NCBI GenBank assembly: GCA_965645245.1
Contig: OZ287073.1
Coordinates: 2,294,001-2,358,000 of the forward strand
DNA: 64,000 nt
Source: Massalongia carnosa
Lineage: Eukaryota
Reading direction: 5' to 3'
A program made the position numbers and the translations under genes. Positions 13,091-22,838 of the stretch are shown in pieces (position 1 is the stretch's first letter; every line of letters begins with the position of its first letter). The notes beneath the pieces were generated by a model. The model did not search any database. It was given only the letters and a program-made list of their open reading frames with translations, and was not told the DNA's origin.

Positions 13091-14806
13091 TTATGTCCAT
13101 ACATCTTGAAGCTTCTGTTCAAGAGAACCTAGTTTGCAGATTATGTCTCGGTATACATCCTCCTGCAGATCTGACTCGTGCAGATCCGATACACCACTTC
13201 GAAAGTTGCACTTCAAGCACTGACCCACTATCTTTGCGTACGAGTGTCCTAAAATCCCAGCAACATTGTTCCGGGTTCTTGTCGCTGTGTAAAACTCTGC
13301 GACAGCTGCTCCGTCATTCCCGTCCTCGTTTATACGCATATCGCGCAAAGGCTGCTCGTATGCAAGTTCCAGGAGTATGACTCCCAGTCTGTACAGGAAG
13401 GAATTTTCAATCACTCTTGGATCATCAGCTTCTAGAGATCGACTGCTTGCTCCAGGTCCAGAGGCTGTTATTGCGACGTCCAGGTATGGCTCCTGCTCTT
13501 CGAACACGTTGCCACCGGCGGACACCTCTGAATGAAGGAGCCGTATTTGCTGGCTACTCCACAACGGGGACAACCATGACGTCGAGTGAAAATTAAGCAT
13601 AGCTGTTGCCAATTTGCGACCAAGCCGTACACACTCGAACAGATTCAATGTCCTCTGATTGCTGCTTGGCTTCTGTGAGAAGAGATCGTTCAATGTGGAT
13701 ACGTCAAGACGCGACACCTCTATTGATAGTTTGGGGACCAAAAACACCTCAAGTTCCGCTCCTCGATTATGTTGAAAAGAGCCGATACAGGAGCGTGACA
13801 GGCAGCTCGCGGAACCTTCATGTACCCTCCGACAAAAGGTCTTTCGACGATTCTGAACTGAGCTACGTGGAGGTTCTTGTTCTGAAGGAGCCGCAGGATG
13901 TATTGTCACAACATTTTGAGTCGACGATGAAGGTTGGTCGTCTACCGAGACAAATTCTAGCTGTTTCAGTAATGACTCGGTCTGTCCAGAATTCATGATC
14001 TTGAGAGACTCAACGGATAACCAGATTGCATGCTGTTTCATCGGAGTCCAAGAATGTTGCCGGGGATTACGCAAGGCAAGTTCGAGCTGAACGCATTTCG
14101 AGATAGCGTTGATTCGAGGGGTGAGATTGATAAGTGTATCATGTCGATCGTGATCATTGCACGCCCCGGCCAGGGCTTGGTACAACTTCTGCGAGACTTG
14201 TTGTACTACAGCAAATTCTTGAAATAGTCGTCGAATTTCTGGTCCGTTTCGAGAATCTTGTTGTATACGAGCAGGTTGGAGACCTTTGCCTTTTTTCCGC
14301 CGACTGGCATCATCAACTCGCATACGAATGTCGTTCAGGTTGATGTTCAGTCGATTGATCTGCTCAATAGAATTGTCCAACGTAGGTTTTGTCACTGCCA
14401 GACGCACTCTCCAGCCGACACCTCTGTCTACGGAGAGACAGCTCTGTACTTTATCCTCGATGCCCTTCAGCTCGGCCTCGATTCGTTGCATGATGCCGAC
14501 AAACGCCTCAGAAAAGGATCCAAGGACCTTCTTGATCTTTGCTTGAAGCTCGTTCATGGACCAGCCAGTGTGTCTTGGGCTTTTGAGCATGAGAGCAGCC
14601 ATAGCCTCATCAACGCCACACTTGTTCAGCAAGTTTCTACAGTTGTCATCGAATAGAGCTCTTTGGACGACCAGGTCGACACGCAGGATTTCGGCCTCGC
14701 GGGAGGCCTTTCGTAGCCGGTGGAATGCATTATACGCTGTCTTGTAATGTTCTGCTGTGCTGACCAGAAGAGGGATCACAGCTAATGTAAAAGAGAGAGG
14801 TTCCAT
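13091..14806 (-). CDS. HeLo-like (HELL) N-terminal domain + kinase-C-lobe-like domain (probably DUF7580 family), 571 aa, no intron needed; MLKL-like architecture
   Basis: N-terminal hydrophobic helix MEPLSFTLAVIPLLVSTAEHY followed by a helical bundle. C-terminal LATAMLNFHSTSWL...W..I and LYRLGVILLELAY resemble kinase alphaE/catalytic-loop and alphaF segments, without HRD or DFG. ATG at 14806 preferred to the ORF-track start at 14836. Confidence 0.75.
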   Translation of the reverse strand: MEPLSFTLAVIPLLVSTAEHYKTAYNAFHRLRKASREAEILRVDLVVQRALFDDNCRNLLNKCGVDEAMAALMLKSPRHTGWSMNELQAKIKKVLGSFSEAFVGIMQRIEAELKGIEDKVQSCLSVDRGVGWRVRLAVTKPTLDNSIEQINRLNINLNDIRMRVDDASRRKKGKGLQPARIQQDSRNGPEIRRLFQEFAVVQQVSQKLYQALAGACNDHDRHDTLINLTPRINAISKCVQLELALRNPRQHSWTPMKQHAIWLSVESLKIMNSGQTESLLKQLEFVSVDDQPSSSTQNVVTIHPAAPSEQEPPRSSVQNRRKTFCRRVHEGSASCLSRSCIGSFQHNRGAELEVFLVPKLSIEVSRLDVSTLNDLFSQKPSSNQRTLNLFECVRLGRKLATAMLNFHSTSWLSPLWSSQQIRLLHSEVSAGGNVFEEQEPYLDVAITASGPGASSRSLEADDPRVIENSFLYRLGVILLELAYEQPLRDMRINEDGNDGAAVAEFYTATRTRNNVAGILGHSYAKIVGQCLKCNFRSGVSDLHESDLQEDVYRDIICKLGSLEQKLQDVWT

Positions 14807-15338
14807 ACTCGCTCGCTCGGAATCAACCAAGAACACGACCCAAATGAAGGTGTAGAAGCAAGCTTCAAAAGTTTACGCTCTGGATAGAGCCGACTTGGGC
14901 CAACTTGGACCGACACCCCGCACTGATCCTCCGCCGTGCTTAAGTAAGCCGACAAGCATGGAAATTCGAAGATGGTGGGGCGCCTGCATAGATGAACATC
15001 ATTACTTCCTTCGCGAGTTGTTCCTGCGCATACAAGAAAGGTCTGATGTTGGTGCGTGACTCGTTGTCTGGCTCTAGCTCGCTCTTGATGATAGATAGTA
15101 GTGCTAGAAGAAGACGCCTCGGTGGTTTCCGGCGGCAGACAACCTCATCGCACCAGAAAGAAGCTTTCAAGTCCGATCCTTCGTGATCTGACGTTTGTGA
15201 GATCAGCCGAAAACGTCGTATTCACGGAACGGTTAGACAGTGGGTCTCTTGGCTAGCGACAGACCACGAGATTTGTATCGACTCTCGAAGATTGGTAAGG
15301 CGTTCACGCGACAACGGCTGTAGCGCGAGTGGTTGGAG
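14807..15338. promoter_or_regulatory. Putative 532-bp bidirectional promoter between the divergent genes
   Basis: Short interval with no recognisable TE between two head-to-head ATGs (14806 minus, 15339 plus); no specific motif identified. Confidence 0.45.
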
Positions 15339-18300
15339 ATGGCGAGGACTCCTGAAGGAGGGCCAGCGCATGGTTTAGCCACTGCCTTGTACCAGCAGTG
15401 TGTGGGGATCTTGCGAATCCACTTCCGGCAGATAAAAGCTGATTCCAGCTGGCTACAAGAACAGCAAGGAGCAATCAGGCATAATTTTGGGCAGTTAATC
15501 CTTTGGGGCGAGGATTTATGCGGTGGACAGCTTGAGGCATGTCTGGCACATTCTTCAAGCCTTCAGATAAGCGTACTCGAAGTGCTCAACTCGCTTGGGG
15601 CTGCGCTCATTGTCGGTATGTTTCAAGCTGTTGGGAAGTGACAGAGCTTCCTTTGAAAACACTGCCAGTTCTTCTGACCCGCATACAGACTCGCTGCTTG
15701 CTACACAAAACTTTGAGGTCGACGACGAAAAACTGATTCTGACTATGCGATCGACGTTAAATGACGTCCAACAGCTCCTAATGGAGGTCGGAAGCGACAA
15801 CGGTAGCACAATTCCTGACACTCATTCGGATGGAGATGAAACAGTTGTAGCTCCCAGACAGGCTTTCGTGGAGGATGTGGAGCGTTGCTTAACGCTACTG
15901 TTCCAGATTGCACCTACTATCGAAGCTATTTCCGACGACTGGCTTCTTTCAAATGATTCTCATTTTCAACACATCCCCAAAGACATTGAGAACGATGAGA
16001 ACCTTTCTCCAAGTTTCATCGACGATCCTCAACAGGATGACGAAATTGAAAGGGCGGTCACAGAATCGCATAACAGAAAACGGCAGATCGCTACCATGCG
16101 ACCTATTTTAGACCTTGTGCAGGTTTCAAAGCTCGAGACTCAATTCCACTCTGATCCGGAATATACGCAACACGTCCAGTACGTTTCTGGAAGTACGGCA
16201 AGACAAAGAAAAGTTCGCATGGAGGAAAAATGGATGAGAGAAAGGATGCTAGGAAGCGGCAGTTTCGGGATCGTCTGGTTAGAGCGGTGTATTCATGGGA
16301 ACAGTGAAGGGAAAGTACGAGCTGTAAAGAAGGTCCGAAAACTTGAGTCCAGCGATTATTACAGAGAATTGGAAGCTATTGCTCTGTTTTCTCACAGCAA
16401 TGTAAGTCTACTGCTGTTATTTTTTCACAACCTACTTTTCCACACCTTACGCTAACGTCAAGCTAGTACGAACGATGCTTTGTTAAGTCCTTCGGCTGGT
16501 ATGATGATAGTGACAGCATATTTATTACTATGGAGTACCTTTCATATGGTGATTTGCATAAGTACCTCGGTTCACCGCTACCAGAGAAGGAAGGACAGCA
16601 TATCGTTTTTCAGATCCTCGAAGGCTTACAATTCATGCATGATAAAGGGTTCGCTCACAGAGATTTAAAGCCAGCTGTAAGCCTAGCTACATGCATCAAT
16701 AAAATCAGAAAATTAGCTAATACTCTAAGTAATACAGAACATACTAGTTGTGTACAAAGGCCCAGATTGGTGGGTCAAGATCGCAGGCTTTGGAGTCAGC
16801 AAGCGGGCAACAGACGGACTTACAGCATTAAGAACCCAAAGGGGCACACCTGCTTTTATGGCACCAGAAGTACTCGGCTTTATTCAATCGAACGACGAAT
16901 CAAATGATTCGTATACAAACGCTGTTGATATCTGGTCTCTAAGTGTTATCACATTCTTCATACTTACCGGCGAGATTCTTTTCAAAGACCCGCGCCATCT
17001 TGGTCAGTATGTTGCGGGCAAACTTAAATTTCCTTTGGATGTTTTGCTTGTAAACAAAGTAAGCGGACAGGGATGCGACTTCTTAAAAAGCTCAATGGCG
17101 TCAAAGTCTGAGGATCGTCCAAGGGCTAATGAATGTTTACAACATTCGTGGTTGGCTTTTCCTATAGAAGACGCGGCTCCCGACACTCAAAGGTATTACT
17201 TCTTATAGATGGAGACAAAAATTTATTATATTATCTTATAATACTAATGTTGTAGTGTTGCTGATATCTTTGCAGAAAAATCAATGTTACAAAGCCAATG
17301 TCAACACCGCTAGACTGTTCAGATCCTGAGCCCTCTGCTAGTTGGAGCACTCAAGACTCAATTTCGGCCTACGAGACGCATAGCTCTACGGGCGTGCTTG
17401 CTGAAAAGACTTTGTCTGCTTCTAAGGAAGCAGTAGCACCTTCAAAATCAGAACCAGCGACTCAAATCTATTGGCATATGGCAAACATCCTCGTGGGTCA
17501 TTCGGGTCTTGTTATGGCGGTGGCATTCTCGCCAGACGGGAAGCAGATCGCGTCCGCATCGATGGACAGAACGATCAGGCTCTGGGACTCGGCCACGGGG
17601 GCTTCGCGCAACATCCTCGAGGGTCATTCGAGTCTTGTTGAGGCGGTGGCATTCTCGCCAGACGGGAAGCAGATCGCGTCCGCATCGAGGGACAGAACGA
17701 TCAGGCTCTGGGACTCGGCCACGGGGGCTTCGCGCAACATCCTCGAGGGTCATTCGAGGCCTGTTGAGGCGGTGGCATTCTCGCCAGACGGGAAGCAGAT
17801 CGCGTCCGCATCGATGGACAGAACGATCAGGCTCTGGGACTCGGCCACGGGGGCTTCGCGCAACATCCTCGAGGGTCATTCGAGGCCTGTTGTGGCGGTG
17901 GCATTCTCGCCAGACGGGAAGCAGATCGCGTCCGCATCGAGGGACAGAACGATCAGGCTCTGGGACTCGGCCACGGGGGCTTCGCGCAACATCCTCGAGG
18001 GTCGTTCGGGGCCTGTTGTGGCGGTGGCATTCTCGCCAGACGGGAAGCAGATCGCGTCCGCATCGAGGGACACAACGATCAGGCTCTGGGACTCGGCCAC
18101 GGGGGCTTCGCGCAACATCCTCGAGGGTCATTCGGGTCCTGTTGACGCGGTGGCGTTCTCGCCAGACGGGAAGCAGATCGCGTCCGTATCGATGGACACA
18201 ACGATCAGGCTCTGGGACTCGGCCACGGGGGCTTCGCGCAACATCCTCGAGGGTCATTCGGGTCCTGTTGTGGCGGTGGCATTCTCGCCAGACGGGAAGC

Positions 18301-18497
18301 AGATCGCGTCCGTATCGGCCGACAGAACGATCAGGCTCTGGGACTCGGCCACGGGGGCTTCGCGCAACATCCTCGAGGGTCATTCGGGTCCTGTTGAGGC
18401 GGTGGCATTCTCGCCAGGCTTCTCTCGGGTGCGGCCCAAGAAGCCGATAGAGCAGAAGCCACTATTTCTGGACTGGAAGCAGATCGCGTCCGCATAG
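15339..18497 (+). CDS. Helical N-terminal domain + Ser/Thr kinase-like domain + 7 WD40 repeats; exons 15339-15615, 15689-16401, 16467-16676, 16738-17192, 17276-18497 (958 aa)
   Basis: Four GT-AG introns with branch sites keep the frame (2877 nt). Kinase motifs GSGSFGIV, AVKK, RELE, HRDLKPANIL, GFG in place of DFG, GTPAFMAPE, DIWSL. WD40 unit GHSxxVxAVAFSPDGKQIASxSxDxTIRLWDSATG. Confidence 0.85.
17482..18497 (+). repeat. Highly conserved WD40 tandem array: 7 full 126-nt units plus an interrupted 8th
   Basis: Near-identical 126-nt units; differences are confined to a few codons. Confidence 0.95.
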
Positions 18498-19969
18498 ATA
18501 CGCAGCTTCTTCAGGCTCCGGTAATATGGTTTCCCAGTACCTAGAAAAGTTTTTCACATAGAAAATTATTATTACGACCTCCTTCCCCACCCACCTCCAT
18601 CGCCCTTTACGTCCTTATATACCATTTTAAGCATTGGATCAATAATTCCTGCTTCAAAGAATGTCGCTCTGCTTTGATTTCTAAGCTACTTCGAAACTCT
18701 TGTCCTGAAATGTACTTTGCTTTGAAATACACTTTGCTTTGAAATCGTATGTCATGGCGTATAACGACCTCGCGGTTAAATAAGCTTTACCATTAAATTA
18801 ACCGACCTATTAGCCTTGTAGGACGAAAAGGCACAAATCTGTAGTGAGAAACTTCAGTGCTTATTCTACTACATGTACGATAGGGGCACATTAATCAGAA
18901 AACGACCAGAGTATAAACGAAAAGAGAAAAAAATAACCCTTTCAAAAATGCAGAACGAAGAACGTAGCGTAACATTACTCTTCAGTAGACGTCACTGCAT
19001 CACAAACCAAATCCTGTTTCGCTGTCATCAAAACGAGACGAATGCACATCTCCGAAACAAAACGATAGCAATGACGGACGGAAAGAAGGCGTTTTCACCC
19101 TCTTGCAGTAATCTTACGAGAAATCATAACTAACTCCCTTGCCAGCGCGTTTTGCGTTTCTGTCATTTACAAGCAAGTAAGTCATGAGTCTTCCCCATCG
19201 AAAACGATTGCTTGACCAGCATGCATATATGCTCAACGGGGGACTTTCATAATAACTCACAGAAGATTGCAATGCGTAGATATAAACTGTTGGAACTGTG
19301 ACTGCAACAGGCGGAATGGTAGCACTGGGCAATTAATATGACTAGTTCGACAAATGGGTTCTTGCACATGCAAAACAAACTAGGAGAACCTATTGAATTT
19401 CTACCACTACGTAGGGTAAAACTGCTCCTATTTATGCCCGTCCACCAGCGATTCCAGAAGCTTCCATTTCCATCTCATCGGTTCCTTCTTCCGATGCGCT
19501 TTCTAACTTCATACAAATTTGCCACCGCCACAAGCCTTTCCTTGCCGAGTGTAGATGCAAATTGCTTTGTTAGCTGGTTTCGGTACTTGGCATCGGTTGC
19601 CGTTTTAACATAAACTGCTTCAGGAAAGCTGTTGTCAGCGAGTCGTGAGTCGACCGCCTATGTACGAGTACATACTCTACCAACTAGTTAAATACCGCAA
19701 CATGAGTCCTTAGTTTATTTTAGCCGTCATCCATCTTAACTACATACTAATCAAGACTTCCCCACCTTGGCCTACACCCCGTTTTCTGTTCTAGCCAGCG
19801 ACTCCATAAAGCTAGCTAGATACCTAGATATCCCCCCCCAAAATTAACATAACTCGCGGTCGACGAAAGCCAGACATCCAGAAAAGTAAACGGGGCGCGA
19901 CCTTCGGTACTAAAAGACCACCTGTCAAAGTGGCCATTACTAAGCGAGCTCGGCCCTCAGCCCTGTCAC

Positions 19970-20435
19970 TGTCAGGGTCCTGGCCTGACCCGACATGCTC
20001 TGGTGGTCACGGGACAGCGTGACTCGCCTAAGCAGTAGCGTGCGTCGCTTGACAGGCTAGCGCACCACGGTAGATTATGTTTAGGAGTTCAGCGATGATT
20101 ATTCTTTTCATTCCTTGTAGTTAAATTCTGTCAAATGTCAGCTATACTGGCATTAACCAACATTGGTCAACGGGCCCGTCACATGCCCGTCACATGACAT
20201 TGCCACCGCGGCACAGGTAAAAATTCTTCATCCCCCACATTCTTTCTTCCTTCGGAGACATCTCTTGATCTATCCCCTGGCGGCATACCTAGCTAGAAAA
20301 TCATCTATAGATCAATGCCATTCATTTCACCTCATCTGGTCAAGACGTAAATCATCTCAACTGATCATCAGGGCAAAAAGCCTCAGAAATTCTAGTTCAT
20401 AGCTACTGAATAATATCAGGGCAAGCTGCCTGACA
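19970..20435. mobile_element. Solo LTR (TGTCAGG...CCTGACA)
   Basis: 5-bp TSD GTCAC at 19965-19969 and 20436-20440. Same family as the LTR at 34777-41813. Confidence 0.85.
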
Positions 20436-21679
20436 GTCACTCTGTATGTAGTCATCTCCCTTTTCTGTAGTAGCAAGCAAGGTCTTCGCCCATCATCATC
20501 TATCTGACACCACCATGGTATATACATAAGTAGAAACACTCCCTGATTCTTTTCCAGTGTAGTTACTAGTATTAGATTATCATTCGGAAAGCGGCCTACG
20601 AAGTTCTATAGTCAGTTACATGGTTACTCTAGACTTCAGTAGGGCTTTGTAGGGCTCCATAGCTCTAGGTTGTCAGGACTCCGGTGTGGGAGCGCTAAAT
20701 CCAACGGCTCTTTCCGACCGAAGCTTCGGAGATAAGCTTCTAGAGCCGGATGGAAACTTCGAGAAGAAGGGCAAACGGGCATATAGATTTCACATTCTTC
20801 TTTGTAGATAGATTTCTCTTCTTCATGCTTAGTCTCTTAGGTAGCTGACTACTATTCGTCTTCCCTGGATAGTGGTTCTTACATAGGTTTTTCAGGGTCT
20901 TAAAAAACGGGGTAATATTACTCTAACATAATTAGGTTTCAGTACCTCGTGATGAAATGTATCGTTCTGTTCGTACTTAATCTCTCACTTCTAACCTCTC
21001 GTCTTCTCATTATTGATTGTTTATCGCTCACATTATTCATTATTCACGGTTCAGTCATCAAGTTCTTGGGCACTGGGAGTGTTGAGTTCATAGCTAAAAT
21101 GGCAGTCGCTTGCAATTGTCATGAAATGCCTCCGACCTCACCACGTGCCTCTATCACGTGCCTTGATCTGATGACTACTCACGGACGTCGTGCCATGCCT
21201 TCGGGACCCTCATATCATTCTTCGAATTCGCCGATTACTGATCATTAATCAGCCTCGCATTGATGATTTATTCCCGTCTTTCGACTATTATCATGTCTAA
21301 TAGCTTCGCATTGATGTTTGACATCTCCCGTCTCCTCGCTGACCCCATCGTGCTTATTGCCGCTATAATGCCCCTCATTCATCATCGCACTGACTAGACA
21401 TCATTCGCCGCCACCCTAGAAAGATGAATATGGGAGGACAAAGATATAAGAAAGAAGTCGAATCATGGAAGTTCTGATTCTTTGTCGAACGTCTTGAATA
21501 GCCAACCTAGCCTAGCCTAGATTCATAGCTATAGACTCAATCAATAAGCTTGACCATCAACCCACCTTGCCTTTGCCCTTGCCCTCGACCTGATTTCGTG
21601 ACATTACGTTCGACCAACATTCAAAAGTGCCTTCCATAGCATTTTCCCTCATCTCCCTTTATCTCATTCCCCCTCAATC

Positions 21680-22821
21680 ATGTCTTCAGCAGAAGAGAAC
21701 CTCTCCGAGCTGGATAAGCGTATTCGATTCATTCAGGAACGTCTTCAGGCAGACCCTCAGCAATTCCTGAGTCAAATGGACAACCTAGAAGCCGAAGTAA
21801 ACCAACTTCGCAACAATGCCAATACCCCTTCTATTTCCGAGCCCATACCTATCTCAAATCCACCCCCCCTACCTTGGATCCGCAAATCATGGCCATGATG
21901 CAGCTGCTCCTGGCGTCAAAAAACTCCCTCATCCGCTCCGAAAAGCTCCCGGACATCACGGAGTATGAGGGCGAAGAAGTCAAGCTGGATGCGTGGGAGC
22001 AGTCCCTGATTCAAAGAATGCATGTCAACAATGATCGATACCCGTTCGATCAAGCCAAAATTGCCTATGCCGAAAGCCGACTCACCATAGGCAAAAAGGC
22101 TCATAACCTAATGAATGCGTACAGGGTCGATGGCCTTTGCATACTCACCTCATTTGCTGAATGGCGATCAGCCCTCCGCCGCGCATGCGGAAATCCCTAC
22201 GAGCAGGAGGATGCTCGCAAATACCTTCGCGATATCCTCAAACAGGGAAGTAGTAGCTTCGAGGAGTACTACAACCTTTTTGCGCAGAAAAAAGACCGGT
22301 CCAAGATGGAAGATGCCAGCCTGATCGATGCCATGAAGGCAAATGTGAATTATTCAACCCAGACCGCAGCCCTAATGTATAGGGTCCCCGGAACCCAAAG
22401 GCAACCAACCACCTTCGACGAGCACGTCACCATGTGGTTGGAGACAGATCGTGGCCTTCGGCAGATCCGCCACATTGCCCCAAAGGCGAACACCACCACT
22501 ATCACCCCGACACCGAAAAAGCCAAACCCGTTATCAGCACTTCCCCCGACAGTCGCTCCCGCTGCCAAAGCACCTGTCGCTTCTCCCGCCTCCCCTGCGC
22601 TGCTCATTGGCGACCCCATGGACCTAAGCTCTGCCATGGCAGCGGTGAAAGGCCAATCGCTCAAAACCGAGGGGGTCCGCAAAATCTGCGAAGACTGGAA
22701 GTTGTGTTTCTACTGCAAATTGCAGCATCCAGGGAAGTCAGCAACTGACTGTCCCAACAAGCGAACCAACCTTCGGAGCATGGAGCTCGAAGCCCCTGAT
22801 ATTGATCAGGGAAAAGCCTAG
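21680..22821 (+). CDS. gag: G1 Gag (one frame break at the C-run near 21863-21869)
   Basis: ATG 21680 has the same context (AATCATGTCT) as G2 gag. Main ORF 21874-22821 has EKLPD, LKQG and a C-terminal Cys/His knuckle. Confidence 0.8.
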
Positions 22822-22838
22822 TCTCTGCACATCGTCGC

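Noticed and set aside
17448..18450. 311-aa and 313-aa Arg-rich repetitive ORFs
   Set aside because: Alternative frames of the GC-rich 126-nt WD40 repeat.
20671..20928. Possible extra solo LTR (TGTCAG...CTAACA)
   Set aside because: Flanking 5-mers do not match well (TAGGT versus TAATT) and there is no second copy in the window.
21863..21874. Second programmed frameshift within G1 gag
   Set aside because: It coincides with a C7 homopolymer; a 1-nt indel or sequencing error is simpler.
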